Assembly (NCBI GenBank): GCA_023247255.1
Contig: JAHFGV010000003.1
Coordinates: forward strand, 5,315 to 69,314
Length of the DNA: 64,000 nucleotides
Direction: 5' to 3'
Origin: Candidatus Omnitrophota bacterium
GTDB taxonomy: Bacteria; Omnitrophota; Gorgyraeia; Aquiviventales; Aquiviventaceae
Positions 55,253 through 64,000 of the stretch are shown here, piece after piece (positions within the stretch are counted from its first letter, which is position 1; each line of letters opens with the position of its first letter). The notes beneath the pieces are model-generated. The model had not been told where the DNA came from, ran no database searches, and saw nothing but the letters and a program-made list of their open reading frames with translations. The position numbers and the translations under genes are program-made.

Positions 55253-56836
55253 TTAACTAACGACGGGTGATTGCCGATCCTTACAGGGAACGGCAAGGGT
55301 TCCCTGCTCCAAGACCCGTTCCTGGCAAAGCCCACGGTAGATAAGATTGACCAGCGCTCGGAGCTGACGTGGAAGCTGAATCTGCTCCAACAAACTCGCA
55401 TCATCCCTCGTAAAGATTCGGCATCGCCGAGCCCACCAGACCAACGAGAGGAATATCCCCCCAAAAATCATTCCGCGAACGAGAATACCCCTGCCCATCA
55501 TAAGCAAAAGCGCGCAGGCAACGAGGGTAGGTGGTACGATTCCGACGAAGCGGCGCACACCCAAACGCCGGTTGCCTAGATACAGAGAGTACCCTGCCCC
55601 AAGAGCGAAACTGGCAGACGTGGAGATGGCCGCTCCCAGTGAACCCAGCTTTGGGATCAACAAAAAATCCCCCAGCACGTTGATTCCTGCCATCAAGACA
55701 AGGATCCCTGTGGCCTGTCGAGTGAGATCGTAGACGAACAACAGTGGACTATAGAGGTACAGGATTCCTTGAAAAGCAGCCCCTATCAGTAGCAGGGAAA
55801 AGAGAAAGGCACTGCGGCTGTAGTGCGGGCCGAAGAGACTTAACAGCACCGGTTCCTGACATAAGCCAATCGTCAAGATGACGAGGCTCCAGCACAAGAC
55901 TATTTGTGGCGTCAAACGCACGGCATATCGGTGGAGACGATCCTCCCTTCCCTCGGCCCGCCACGCGCTTAAGAGTGGAAAGGCCAGGATGCTGACCCCA
56001 TTGAGTCCGCCGATAACAAAGAGCATCGCCTGATAGGAGAGTTGGTAGATCCCAACGTCGCTGTGGCTTCTCCAGAGTCGAAGAAAATAAAGATCGGCCC
56101 AATCGGAGAGGTAGGCTCCAGCGATTCCTAAAGCTAGGGGTGCAGAGTAGCGAGCCATCGCTTGCGTCAGCTCCCAGGGAATCTGCACTCGCATGAGCGC
56201 ACGGCGATTGAGACAGGGAAGGCTCGTCAGAAGCTGTACAAGCAGGGCTATCCCAGAGAGGAGGATCACCGTTTGGGACGTAATCGGCCAATGCATCCAG
56301 CCGATGCATACCCCAAGGAGTCCCAAAAAACAGACACGGCTTACTACAGGAATCCATGCGGCGGTGCGCATTTTGCCTTCCATTTGGAGGAACTGAACGG
56401 TTGCCATCGTCAACGCTAGGAGGATGAAGAACCAAAGGAAGAAACCTGTCTCGTTGCGGCCAAGCCCTACCAGGCGAACCAGGTCTTTCGAAAACAAAAG
56501 AAGGATAAGGCTGCCTCCCAGAACAGACAAACCAAATAACGGAAGCCATCCCCAGAACACACGACCGTTACCCAGGCTGTGCACGAGGGCTTCTCGTCCG
56601 AATCGGATCACCGCGGGGAAACTCCATTTGACACCGATGATGAACAGGCACTGCGTAACTGCGAAGAAGAGCACCACCACACCATACTGCTCAGGACCCA
56701 ACAGACGAGCAGACCACGTAAGCCCGATGGCTGTTACGATCACAAAGACTACTTGAGCCGTGAGCATCATGAAGTAATCTGCTCCGACGCGCTGAATTCC
56801 AGTGAGGGAGTTGAGACAAGAACGCTCGATAGCCAT
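55253..56836 (-). CDS. Oligosaccharide flippase (Wzx-like)
   Basis: ARLLGPEQYG, YSAP, D...L......VGIY, LLIP.LG..GAA; 12-14 hydrophobic segments. Confidence 0.88.
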   Translation of the reverse strand: MAIERSCLNSLTGIQRVGADYFMMLTAQVVFVIVTAIGLTWSARLLGPEQYGVVVLFFAVTQCLFIIGVKWSFPAVIRFGREALVHSLGNGRVFWGWLPLFGLSVLGGSLILLLFSKDLVRLVGLGRNETGFFLWFFILLALTMATVQFLQMEGKMRTAAWIPVVSRVCFLGLLGVCIGWMHWPITSQTVILLSGIALLVQLLTSLPCLNRRALMRVQIPWELTQAMARYSAPLALGIAGAYLSDWADLYFLRLWRSHSDVGIYQLSYQAMLFVIGGLNGVSILAFPLLSAWRAEGREDRLHRYAVRLTPQIVLCWSLVILTIGLCQEPVLLSLFGPHYSRSAFLFSLLLIGAAFQGILYLYSPLLFVYDLTRQATGILVLMAGINVLGDFLLIPKLGSLGAAISTSASFALGAGYSLYLGNRRLGVRRFVGIVPPTLVACALLLMMGRGILVRGMIFGGIFLSLVWWARRCRIFTRDDASLLEQIQLPRQLRALVNLIYRGLCQERVLEQGTLAVPCKDRQSPVVS

Positions 56837-56853
56837 ATCGCGCTATACCTTTG

Positions 56854-58014
56854 TTAGTTTACAACTTTCAGGATCTGGTCGTAGAAGGAGAGATATCGCT
56901 TGACGACTACTTCTGCGTGGAGATGGGTGAGGCTCCACGCTCGCGCTCGTTTCCCGATATCATGAAGCATCTGCGGATGTCTGACGCCCTCCAACAGGGC
57001 TTGGTAGATGTCTTCTTCAGTCCGAACCTTAAGGCAGGGTGGATCCTCGGGAAACATATCCCTGCGGCTCTCCAGATGGATCAGGACCCCTTTTCCGCAC
57101 GCCCATGCCTCAAAGGCGCAGCCACCGTAGTCTCCTTGGATAAATTGGTCGATGACGATATCGCACAGGTTGTACCAGAATACTAACTGATGACGTCGCT
57201 GCGGAGCGATCCAGTGGACGTTGCGCTCAATGCCGAGTTGCTGAACCAGCCGCTTGGACGCTTCAATATCCGGCCCGTGGGCAACGGCGATGAGAATGGC
57301 CCGCTGTCGGGTGGAGCCGAGGAAACGCGCAAACGCATTGAAGAGCCGGTCGTTTCCCTTGCGTTCCCAGTCAGCCGAACGCTCCGTCCAGACCTGGCGT
57401 GTCGGATGGAAGAATATCCACTCAGCATCGTACTTCGCACGCTGCCTGCGCACTTTCGCCTCAGCAAGAGGCCTGAAACGCTCGGCATCCACCGGCAGGG
57501 GCAGACAGGCAACCCGGCTCAATCGTAATCGCCGAAGGGCCTCCTGAGAGTAGCGTCCGCTCGGGTTTGCGAGAAACACCACCTGCGCATCCCTGAGTCC
57601 TCGACGCTGCCGAAACGCCAGATACCGGTGATGGATACTGTCGGTCATGAAGGGGAGCACCGTAAGGTCGCCCCCATAGGGTTGAAAAACAAAGGGCCGT
57701 CCGGTCTGCCGCGCCCAGATAGGCCCGTAGTAACAGGTATGAATGAGATCGCAGTTGCCAAGCAGACGGACAAAGGGGCCATCGAAAAGTCCATACCGTC
57801 GCCATCGCAGGTCGTTGATGAGATGGACCCAGTCGGGATAAGCGCTCTTAAGTTCCGGCTCCTCCTGCTCGGGCTGCCAAGGGGATCCCTCCTCCAGATA
57901 GAGATGCGCGTCCACACCCGCCTTGCGCAGAAACTTCCCGATCACATAGGCGTGGTTACACACGTTTCCATAGAGATTGACTCGAAGACCCATCGATACC
58001 TTCCATTCTTCCAT
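56854..58014 (-). CDS. Glycosyltransferase family 4-like
   Basis: PVD..RF.P, HPTR, KGND, CDIVIDQF..G.YG....EA.ACGK. Confidence 0.82.
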   Translation of the reverse strand: MEEWKVSMGLRVNLYGNVCNHAYVIGKFLRKAGVDAHLYLEEGSPWQPEQEEPELKSAYPDWVHLINDLRWRRYGLFDGPFVRLLGNCDLIHTCYYGPIWARQTGRPFVFQPYGGDLTVLPFMTDSIHHRYLAFRQRRGLRDAQVVFLANPSGRYSQEALRRLRLSRVACLPLPVDAERFRPLAEAKVRRQRAKYDAEWIFFHPTRQVWTERSADWERKGNDRLFNAFARFLGSTRQRAILIAVAHGPDIEASKRLVQQLGIERNVHWIAPQRRHQLVFWYNLCDIVIDQFIQGDYGGCAFEAWACGKGVLIHLESRRDMFPEDPPCLKVRTEEDIYQALLEGVRHPQMLHDIGKRARAWSLTHLHAEVVVKRYLSFYDQILKVVN

Positions 58015-58070
58015 GCCTGCGACTTTCGGAATGGATGCCCCACGCCTTAGCCCGTTGGAACTTGTTCTAA

Positions 58071-58308
58071 GGAATTTTCGATTGCCGATTTTCGATTGCC
58101 GATTGAAAACCGCTGTTCAATCAAAAATCGACAATATCGTGATGCAATCGTCGGATGAGCCTGTGGCACCGGCACTCCCACACCTTGGAATTTTCGATTG
58201 TCGATTTTGGCTTATCGATTGAAAACCGCTGTTCAATCGAAAATCGGCAATCGTCAATCGACAATATCCTGATGCAATCGTCGAAGGTTGGGGGCGCAAT
58301 GGCGGGGT
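58071..58308. mobile_element. Repeat family B copy 4 (reverse; extra core plus full unit)
   Basis: 58071-58154 core followed by 58155-58308 full unit, reverse complement of 20933-21089. Confidence 0.9.
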
Positions 58309-58311
58309 TGA

Positions 58312-59283
58312 TCAGACGAGACTCTCCCTGTGGGTTTGGTACCACTGCCATGTTTCGGCGAGTCCCTCTTCCATCGGGCAGAGGGCGATGGCTCCTTCGA
58401 TGTCTCGCAGGAGGCGCGTATCTGCGCATTGACGGAGAAGATCGCCAGCTCGTGGCGGAGCCTGCCGGATCGGACCGCGGTATCCGGATACTTTGCAGAT
58501 TTTCTCAACGACCTGCTTGACGGAGACTTCCGTTCCGGATCCGAGGTTCAGGACGTGGCCGAGTAGATCATCACGCTTAGCGAGCCCCACGCTGATGCGC
58601 ACCGTGTCTCGGACGAAGAGAAAATCCCGCGTCTGATCGCCGCTACCCTGGATCAGAGGATATTCACCGCGAATGATGCGGCTGATGGTCAAAGGAATGA
58701 GTCCCGCGTACACTCCCGGGTTCTGCCTGGGTCCATAGTTGTTGAACGGCCGCAGGGTCAACACGCGAGTCCCAAAGGTTTTTTGGTAGACCCTGACCAT
58801 GAGATCGGCCGCCGCCTTTCCTGCCGCATAGGGAGTATGAGGAAGAAGCGGATGGGCCTCTGACATGGGAGTCTCAAGGGCGCTGCCGTAGGCCTCGGAT
58901 GAGGAAAAGTGCACAAGCCGCTTGATTTCTCCAAGCCGCAGCGCTTCGAGCAGATGGCCGATGATCTGCACGTTAACGTGGAACGCGTCCAGTGGATCGT
59001 CGAACGAGTAGCCCAGCGCTTTTGTGGCGAGATTGAAGACGACGTCAATTCCGGCTTCGCGAATGATTCCGTGCAGGGCCTCGCCATCGGTGGCGTCGAT
59101 GCGGTGCAAGGTGATTGCAGAAAAATGGCTGCGCGCGGATGATAGATTTTCCTCGCGGCCAAGAAAAAGATTGTCGATGACATGGATCGAAGCGGGGCTC
59201 TCATGCGTCAGCGCTTCCACCAGATGGCTGCCGATAAACCCTGCCCCGCCCGTGACCAACAGCGCCCTGCTGGTATATTCCAT
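58312..59283 (-). CDS. NAD-dependent epimerase/dehydratase
   Basis: LVTGGAGFIGSHL, SSSEAYG, YAAGK, RPFNNYGPRQ, QTRDF. Confidence 0.93.
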   Translation of the reverse strand: MEYTSRALLVTGGAGFIGSHLVEALTHESPASIHVIDNLFLGREENLSSARSHFSAITLHRIDATDGEALHGIIREAGIDVVFNLATKALGYSFDDPLDAFHVNVQIIGHLLEALRLGEIKRLVHFSSSEAYGSALETPMSEAHPLLPHTPYAAGKAAADLMVRVYQKTFGTRVLTLRPFNNYGPRQNPGVYAGLIPLTISRIIRGEYPLIQGSGDQTRDFLFVRDTVRISVGLAKRDDLLGHVLNLGSGTEVSVKQVVEKICKVSGYRGPIRQAPPRAGDLLRQCADTRLLRDIEGAIALCPMEEGLAETWQWYQTHRESLV

Positions 59284-59292
59284 GAAGCGCTC

Positions 59293-59973
59293 TTATTCAA
59301 TCCGGTTGAGCGTGCGGAGTTCTTCAGGCAGATCGCGAAAGGTTGCAGGATTGCCGATGGCTAGATGCCAGCTAGGCACGTCCTTGGTAACCACCGCTCC
59401 TGCCCCGATAAAGCATCCTTCCCCAAGACGCACACCTGGCAGGATGGTGACATTTCCCCCTACAGTCACCCCTCGCTCCAACGTCGGGCCATCCAGCTTT
59501 GATCCCTGGCGAATGGGATATCGGTCATTGAGGATGACACAGTTGGGTCCCAGAAACACATGATCTCCAACTTGGGTGCCCGTGGGCAAATAAACGTTGG
59601 ACTGGATGCTCACGTGGCTGCCGATTCGACAATGGCTATCGATGACGACATTGGAACCGATGAGGACATGATTCCCTACGCGGCATCCCTCCCGGACGGT
59701 AACCCTGTGTCCTGTCCGCACGTGGTGCCCTACCACGACATCCCGGTAGAAGACGGAGTGCGAACGAATGACGGCGTGCTCATTGACCGTTGTCCCATCG
59801 TAATTGAGATATTCAGTTGCCGTCTGTTTCGCGCGAAGTTCCAAGAGGATATCCGCGGTGGGGTAGCCTAAGATGACCTCTTCTAGGACGATGCAGTTGT
59901 CTGCAACTCGGTTCGTCCCGTAGCCGCGCACCGACTGGTGGAGATAGACGTTTTTACCCTGCTCGATTGCCAT
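59293..59973 (-). CDS. Hexapeptide-repeat acyltransferase (N-acetyltransferase)
   Basis: Left-handed beta-helix repeats, FLGPN...[21 protein letters not shown]. Confidence 0.9.
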   Translation of the reverse strand: MAIEQGKNVYLHQSVRGYGTNRVADNCIVLEEVILGYPTADILLELRAKQTATEYLNYDGTTVNEHAVIRSHSVFYRDVVVGHHVRTGHRVTVREGCRVGNHVLIGSNVVIDSHCRIGSHVSIQSNVYLPTGTQVGDHVFLGPNCVILNDRYPIRQGSKLDGPTLERGVTVGGNVTILPGVRLGEGCFIGAGAVVTKDVPSWHLAIGNPATFRDLPEELRTLNRIE

Positions 59974-59982
59974 GGCGGTATC

Positions 59983-60912
59983 TCACAAGGCCTCCTCTGA
60001 GAATCGGCTGCCCGGATGGGCAAGCTCCCACGGACAGTTGTCCAGTTCAGAAAACCGAATGACCCCGTCGATCGCAGCTACGTCGATCCAATGATCCGGT
60101 TCCACAGACAAAATCGTCCCCGCAGGTTCTTCAACCTTCTTTAGCAGCGGGGGCGATGATTTCCACACCATCACCCGTTGCCCCTTGAGCCAAGTAAACG
60201 CCCCGGGGTAAGGTCGGGTCAGTGCGCGCACCCAGTTGTGGATCTGGCCTGCCGTGAGCGACCAAAAGATCCTGCCCTCCTCAGGACGTCGCAGGGGGTA
60301 GGTGCTCGCCAGGCGTTCATCCTGTGGCACTCGAGGAGCGCGTCTCTGCTGAAGTAAAGGAAGGCTACGCTCCAGAAGCGTTTGGGTTTCTTTCGTCACC
60401 TGCTCGTAGAGCGTCGCACAGGTATCACTGAGGGTAATCGAAAACGCCGCCTGAGCGATGATGTCACCGCTGTCCAGAGCCTCGTCTAAATAGAACAAGG
60501 TCACACCGGTGCGATCTTCCCCGTTGATCAGTGCCCAGTTGATCGGTGCGCCGCCTCGATATTTGGGAAGCAGTGAGGCGTGAACTCCGGCAGAGCCCAG
60601 TGGAGGAATGTTCCGAATCGTTGAGGGAACCACGGAGTACCAGCCGACTGCCAAAAGAAAATCCGGTGCGAGCGCTTGGATGAACCCAACGCACTGATTC
60701 AATTTCTCAGCCGCGACAATTACGGGAATTCCGGCGCGCTTGCTGGCGGTGACCAGATCGGCATGCTGGACGAGGTTCACCCGAGACCCTGCCTGGGAGA
60801 TCTTAATTTCTCCAGGTGTGGTTACTACACCGACCACATCCATTCCCATCCGCAGCAGGGTGTGAAAACAGGCAAGGGAGAGTTGGGTGGTGCCTAAGAG
60901 CACTATCCGCAT
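59983..60912 (-). CDS. Formyltransferase (Fmt/ArnA-like, probable sugar N-formyltransferase)
   Basis: MRIVLLGT, HASLLPKYRGGAPINW, GVT, D.GDII.Q, VRAL..PYPGAF. Confidence 0.88.
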   Translation of the reverse strand: MRIVLLGTTQLSLACFHTLLRMGMDVVGVVTTPGEIKISQAGSRVNLVQHADLVTASKRAGIPVIVAAEKLNQCVGFIQALAPDFLLAVGWYSVVPSTIRNIPPLGSAGVHASLLPKYRGGAPINWALINGEDRTGVTLFYLDEALDSGDIIAQAAFSITLSDTCATLYEQVTKETQTLLERSLPLLQQRRAPRVPQDERLASTYPLRRPEEGRIFWSLTAGQIHNWVRALTRPYPGAFTWLKGQRVMVWKSSPPLLKKVEEPAGTILSVEPDHWIDVAAIDGVIRFSELDNCPWELAHPGSRFSEEAL

Positions 60913-62060
60913 AAGAGGGCTCGGAGTCGCTCTATGACGAAGGATTGATCCGAAGGTTTCATCGAAGGATAGAGGGGTAGGGTGAGCGTCTGACGATCGG
61001 CTCTTAAGGAGCAAGGGTAATCTTCGGGATGGAGCCCGTAGCGTGTTCGATAATAGCCAAGCGCGTGGACGGCGTGTGTTCCCTGCCTTGTGGCAATTCC
61101 TTCCAGGGCAAGCTGCGTGGCGATTGTATCTCTGGAGCAAGAAGCATCCTCATCGATCAGCACAACGTACGATTGAAATGAGTGGATCCATCCCGGAGGG
61201 GTGAGGGGAACATGCAACCCTCGGATTTCTCCCAGACCCTCCGTGTAGCGTTGGGCAAGATAGATGCGTCGCTGGAGGATCTCATCGAGTTTGTCTAGCT
61301 GCTTCAGGCCTACCGCTGCTTGGAGATCCGTCATCCGATAATTAAATCCAAGCTCGTTGAAGGCTGGAAGGAGAAACTCTTTTTTCCCTCGATGGCGTTC
61401 AAAATCTGAGCTCTCGGCACCATGAGACCTAAGGCAGCGAAGGCGCTTTGCCAAGCCGGTGTCATCGGTAGCAATGAGACCTCCTTCACCGGTGGTGATG
61501 ATCTTTCTGGGGTGGAAGCTAAAGCAACCCGCCTGGCCGAACGTGCCCACAGGGTGTTCCTTATACCGAGCCCCTAGTGCGCAAGCCGCGTCTTCGATGA
61601 TGAGTAGGTGATGCTTCTTGGCGAGTTCTAGGATAGGGTCCATCTGTGCGCTGAGACCGAACAAATGCACGGGGATAATAGCCTGAGTGCGTTTGGTAAT
61701 CTTCGAATCCATCTGGTTGACATCCATGTTGAAGGTGGCCAAATCGATGTCGATGAAGACGGGTCTTGCCCTGCAGTACTCGATGGCATTGATAGTGGCA
61801 ACAAAGGTAAAGGCCGGCACGAGCACCTCATCTGCCTCTTTAACTCCGAGGGCGACCAGCGCAAGGTGGAGGGCAGCCGTGCAAGAAGAGGTGGCCACTG
61901 CCCATTGCGTTCCCACGCAGCGCGCACAAGCCTCCTCGAACTGCGCCACCCGGGGACCTTGTGAAACCCAACCGCTCTGAAGCACATCCCTTAGCGCCTC
62001 AGCTTCCTCATTATTAAAATAGGGTTGGGTGACTGGGATATCGATCCTATTCCCGGGCAT
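60903..62060 (-). CDS. DegT/DnrJ/EryC1/StrS family aminotransferase
   Basis: SSCTAALHLAL, PVHLFG, EDAACA, FSFHPRKIITTGEGG, GFNYRM. Confidence 0.94.
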   Translation of the reverse strand: MPGNRIDIPVTQPYFNNEEAEALRDVLQSGWVSQGPRVAQFEEACARCVGTQWAVATSSCTAALHLALVALGVKEADEVLVPAFTFVATINAIEYCRARPVFIDIDLATFNMDVNQMDSKITKRTQAIIPVHLFGLSAQMDPILELAKKHHLLIIEDAACALGARYKEHPVGTFGQAGCFSFHPRKIITTGEGGLIATDDTGLAKRLRCLRSHGAESSDFERHRGKKEFLLPAFNELGFNYRMTDLQAAVGLKQLDKLDEILQRRIYLAQRYTEGLGEIRGLHVPLTPPGWIHSFQSYVVLIDEDASCSRDTIATQLALEGIATRQGTHAVHALGYYRTRYGLHPEDYPCSLRADRQTLTLPLYPSMKPSDQSFVIERLRALLCG

Positions 62061-62070
62061 CTTTACCTAA

Positions 62071-62716
62071 CAGGTTGCTGAAAAACTCACCAACTACCCA
62101 GGCTGCTCAAAGGAGATACTGTCAAATGTTGTGGATGAGCCAGCGAACTCTGCGCGTCCTTGGCGATCCATCAGTTCTCCTGTGTGCGCTCCTTGATGAA
62201 ATGCAAGTGGTCCGGGCCACCGAAGATGCCATCGACCTGGAACTCATTCGAGGCCCCCGCGATGGGCGTGGGCTGAAACGCGATGCCGGCTTCGAAGGGC
62301 TCGCCCTCGCGGAACTGGGTCAGCAGATAGTTGATAGAGCTGACATACGTCGCTTCGGACGCCATGGATGTCTGCGCGTTGACGGCATGGCGCAGATGAA
62401 ACACCACGGGCTGTTCGGAGTCGAAGAGCGGCTGCCCCCCGACCTGGCGAAAGGTAATCGTGAATTCGTTGTTCCCCTTGAACTCAACCGCCTCCAGCTT
62501 GATGTCAATGTGGTAGCCCCCCGCAGAGCAGACCGTAGGGACCAGGAACAAGGTGACGAGCGTTGCCAGGAGCTGTCGGCGCATGGCCATGAGTCCTCCT
62601 TCGCGTGGTTGCATTCGAGTATAACTCTGCTCAAAGTTGAGGAGGTGCGTACTTTCAAGTACGCTGACGAAGCTGCGCGGCAGGCAACGCAGAGATGCGC
62701 CTTTTTCAGCAGCCTG
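62071..62716. mobile_element. Repeat family D copy 3 enclosing a passenger gene (646 bp)
   Basis: Left end CAGGTTGCTGAAAAA..TACCCAGGCTGCTCAAA; right end TGAGGAGGTGCGTACT..AGTACGC...GCAACGCAGAGATGCGCCTTTTTCAGCAGCCTG. Confidence 0.85.
62171..62590 (-). CDS. Hypothetical secreted protein (139 aa)
   Basis: AGGAGG RBS, signal peptide MAMRRQLLATLVTLFLVPTVCSA, G/C-ending codon bias. Confidence 0.7.
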   Translation of the reverse strand: MAMRRQLLATLVTLFLVPTVCSAGGYHIDIKLEAVEFKGNNEFTITFRQVGGQPLFDSEQPVVFHLRHAVNAQTSMASEATYVSSINYLLTQFREGEPFEAGIAFQPTPIAGASNEFQVDGIFGGPDHLHFIKERTQEN

Positions 62717-62720
62717 CTAA

Positions 62721-63701
62721 TCATTCCTCTTTAGCATCCAGGCTGACCGTAAAGGGTTCGGCTGCTACCGCAAGGAAAGCCCCATCGAAATAGGCGGTCC
62801 CTGATCCAAACACGCGGACTACTACCTGAATTTCACTTGTAGTCTCCGGGACCACACCGCTAGTGACCAAAAACTCAAACTCCCCAGAACCGCTATGGCG
62901 ATGAGCGGGTTGCATCGAAAACTCAGTACCAGAAGTATCTAGCAACCGATAGGCATTCTGAATGCCAAATCCCACTCCCTCGCCATCCAGTAACAAGATA
63001 TCAGCAATGCCAGGGATGTTTGTCTTGACCCAACACCCGAACGTGACTGGCTCACCAGCGAGCCAATCCCTAGCTTCTCCTTGTATCTGTTGACGAATGT
63101 TATGGTTTCCAGTCGATGTCACCTTGAGGGATTTTTTTCCGACCTTGACGTGCTCTGGTTCCGTTTCCATCACAATGGATCCTGGTCCCATATCCAGCGT
63201 CCAGCCATCCGGTAGAGTCTTCGGGCCTGCAGGCCAATCTTCAAACGAGTCGTTAATGAGCCAGTTCGGGATTGAGGCAAACTCTTTGTGTGTTAACTCA
63301 CCAGCCATCACAGCAAGGGGCAGGCTGGTAAGACATTGGCGAGGACTCAGTTTTAGCGGCTGACGGCCCACTTGCAGAGTTAACCAAAAAGGTCTCTGCC
63401 AGGAAAGGGGTAATGGGGTACTTTGACCCAGCAGGACATGGAACTGCCCTTTGTCGATCTGGACATGGGAATGTTTCTCTCTCCAGAGGGGTTTACTTTG
63501 AGTGTCTGTTGTATACCCTAGAAAGGTTAGAGTATGAATCCCATCAATAGGAACTCTCTTTTCATCCAAAGCAGTACCTTCATAGCGGACTGGTTTGGAA
63601 ATGGTACCTGCATAAACAGGCTGACTCGGATGGCCATAAGCCAAGAGAAACCACACAAAACCCATTCTTCCAAGTCCACTGACCCACATACGTACACGCA
63701 T
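62721..63701 (-). CDS. Secreted protein with N-terminal fibre-protein-like domain and carbohydrate-binding-like domain
   Basis: YEG..LD....P..G...LTF..Y......LW.E....V..G.F.V.LG...PL; then NWLINDSFEDW...PDGW...FGCWVK...YFDGA. Confidence 0.6.
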   Translation of the reverse strand: MRVRMWVSGLGRMGFVWFLLAYGHPSQPVYAGTISKPVRYEGTALDEKRVPIDGIHTLTFLGYTTDTQSKPLWREKHSHVQIDKGQFHVLLGQSTPLPLSWQRPFWLTLQVGRQPLKLSPRQCLTSLPLAVMAGELTHKEFASIPNWLINDSFEDWPAGPKTLPDGWTLDMGPGSIVMETEPEHVKVGKKSLKVTSTGNHNIRQQIQGEARDWLAGEPVTFGCWVKTNIPGIADILLLDGEGVGFGIQNAYRLLDTSGTEFSMQPAHRHSGSGEFEFLVTSGVVPETTSEIQVVVRVFGSGTAYFDGAFLAVAAEPFTVSLDAKEE

Positions 63702-63710
63702 CGTACCCCC

Positions 63711-64000
63711 TTAAAATTCCGCGACCCCACCACCTGCCGGATCGCCAACGGCGAGCCGCACAGCTACGGTTTGCCTGCAGCAAACCCCGGCAGGTGGTGG
63801 GGCGAAGCAGAATTTAGTATTGTCCGTTTCTCGCAGGATTTGTTCAAGAAGCGTCAAAAAACGATGGGCTTGTATCTTTGCGGAATATTTTTGTTCCACC
63901 GTGCGACGCCCTTCTCGGGAGAACTCCTCCCGCAGCTTCTGATTCTCAAGGAGGTGGGAGAGTTTCTCTACCCATTCGGTATGGGTTGAAGCCAAAAAAC
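63711..64000 (-). CDS. Glycosyltransferase, C-terminal fragment (runs off window end)
   Basis: EW.E.L..LLEN..LR......GR..VE.KYS GT-B terminus; tail encoded by family E. Confidence 0.75.
   Translation of the reverse strand, partial: FLASTHTEWVEKLSHLLENQKLREEFSREGRRTVEQKYSAKIQAHRFLTLLEQILRETDNTKFCFAPPPAGVCCRQTVAVRLAVGDPAGGGVAEF
63714..63815. repeat. Repeat family E copy 2
   Basis: AAATTCCGCGACCCCACCACCTG...CAGGTGGTGGGGCGAAGCAGAATTT. Confidence 0.88.

Noticed and set aside
62721-63701. Phage tail fibre indicating a prophage
   Set aside because: Signal-like N-terminus, isolated within a glycan operon, no other phage genes.
1-64000. Diversity-generating retroelement, retron or autonomous IS
   Set aside because: No reverse transcriptase, transposase or recombinase ORF recognised, and repeat differences did not look adenine-specific.

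Overview
A 64 kb bacterial window in which almost every gene is on the minus strand. The gene content is compatible with a PVC-superphylum/Omnitrophota-like organism, but this is a weak inference. Left to right it holds: a siroheme/tetrapyrrole operon (hemB, cobA-hemD, hemC, hemA, ccsA-like, sirC) interrupted by tRNA-Arg(CCG) and an orphan beta-propeller gene; panB; a split MetE with an unlisted 57-aa CxxC..CxxC ORF; lipoyl ligase, gcvPB/PA/H/T, metF, folD and fchA-like; a LOG protein; a LysM amidase (the only large + strand gene); yraN, rnhB, rplS, trmD, rpsP, murA, prmC, prfA, rpmE, rho, coaE, polA; a pseudopilin/GspE cluster; larB; and a ~22 kb surface-glycan locus. The unusual layer is a dense set of about eleven short palindromic repeat families (my labels A-K) plus 7/8-bp tandem arrays. 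They are modular and nested, sit in many gene junctions, supply stop codons, are translated in-frame inside PrmC, a methyltransferase, RNase HII and a pilin leader, show an internally inverted core, and bracket or enclose orphan genes. No transposase or recombinase is visible in the window. All assignments are by eye, from motifs and manual alignment; no searches were run.
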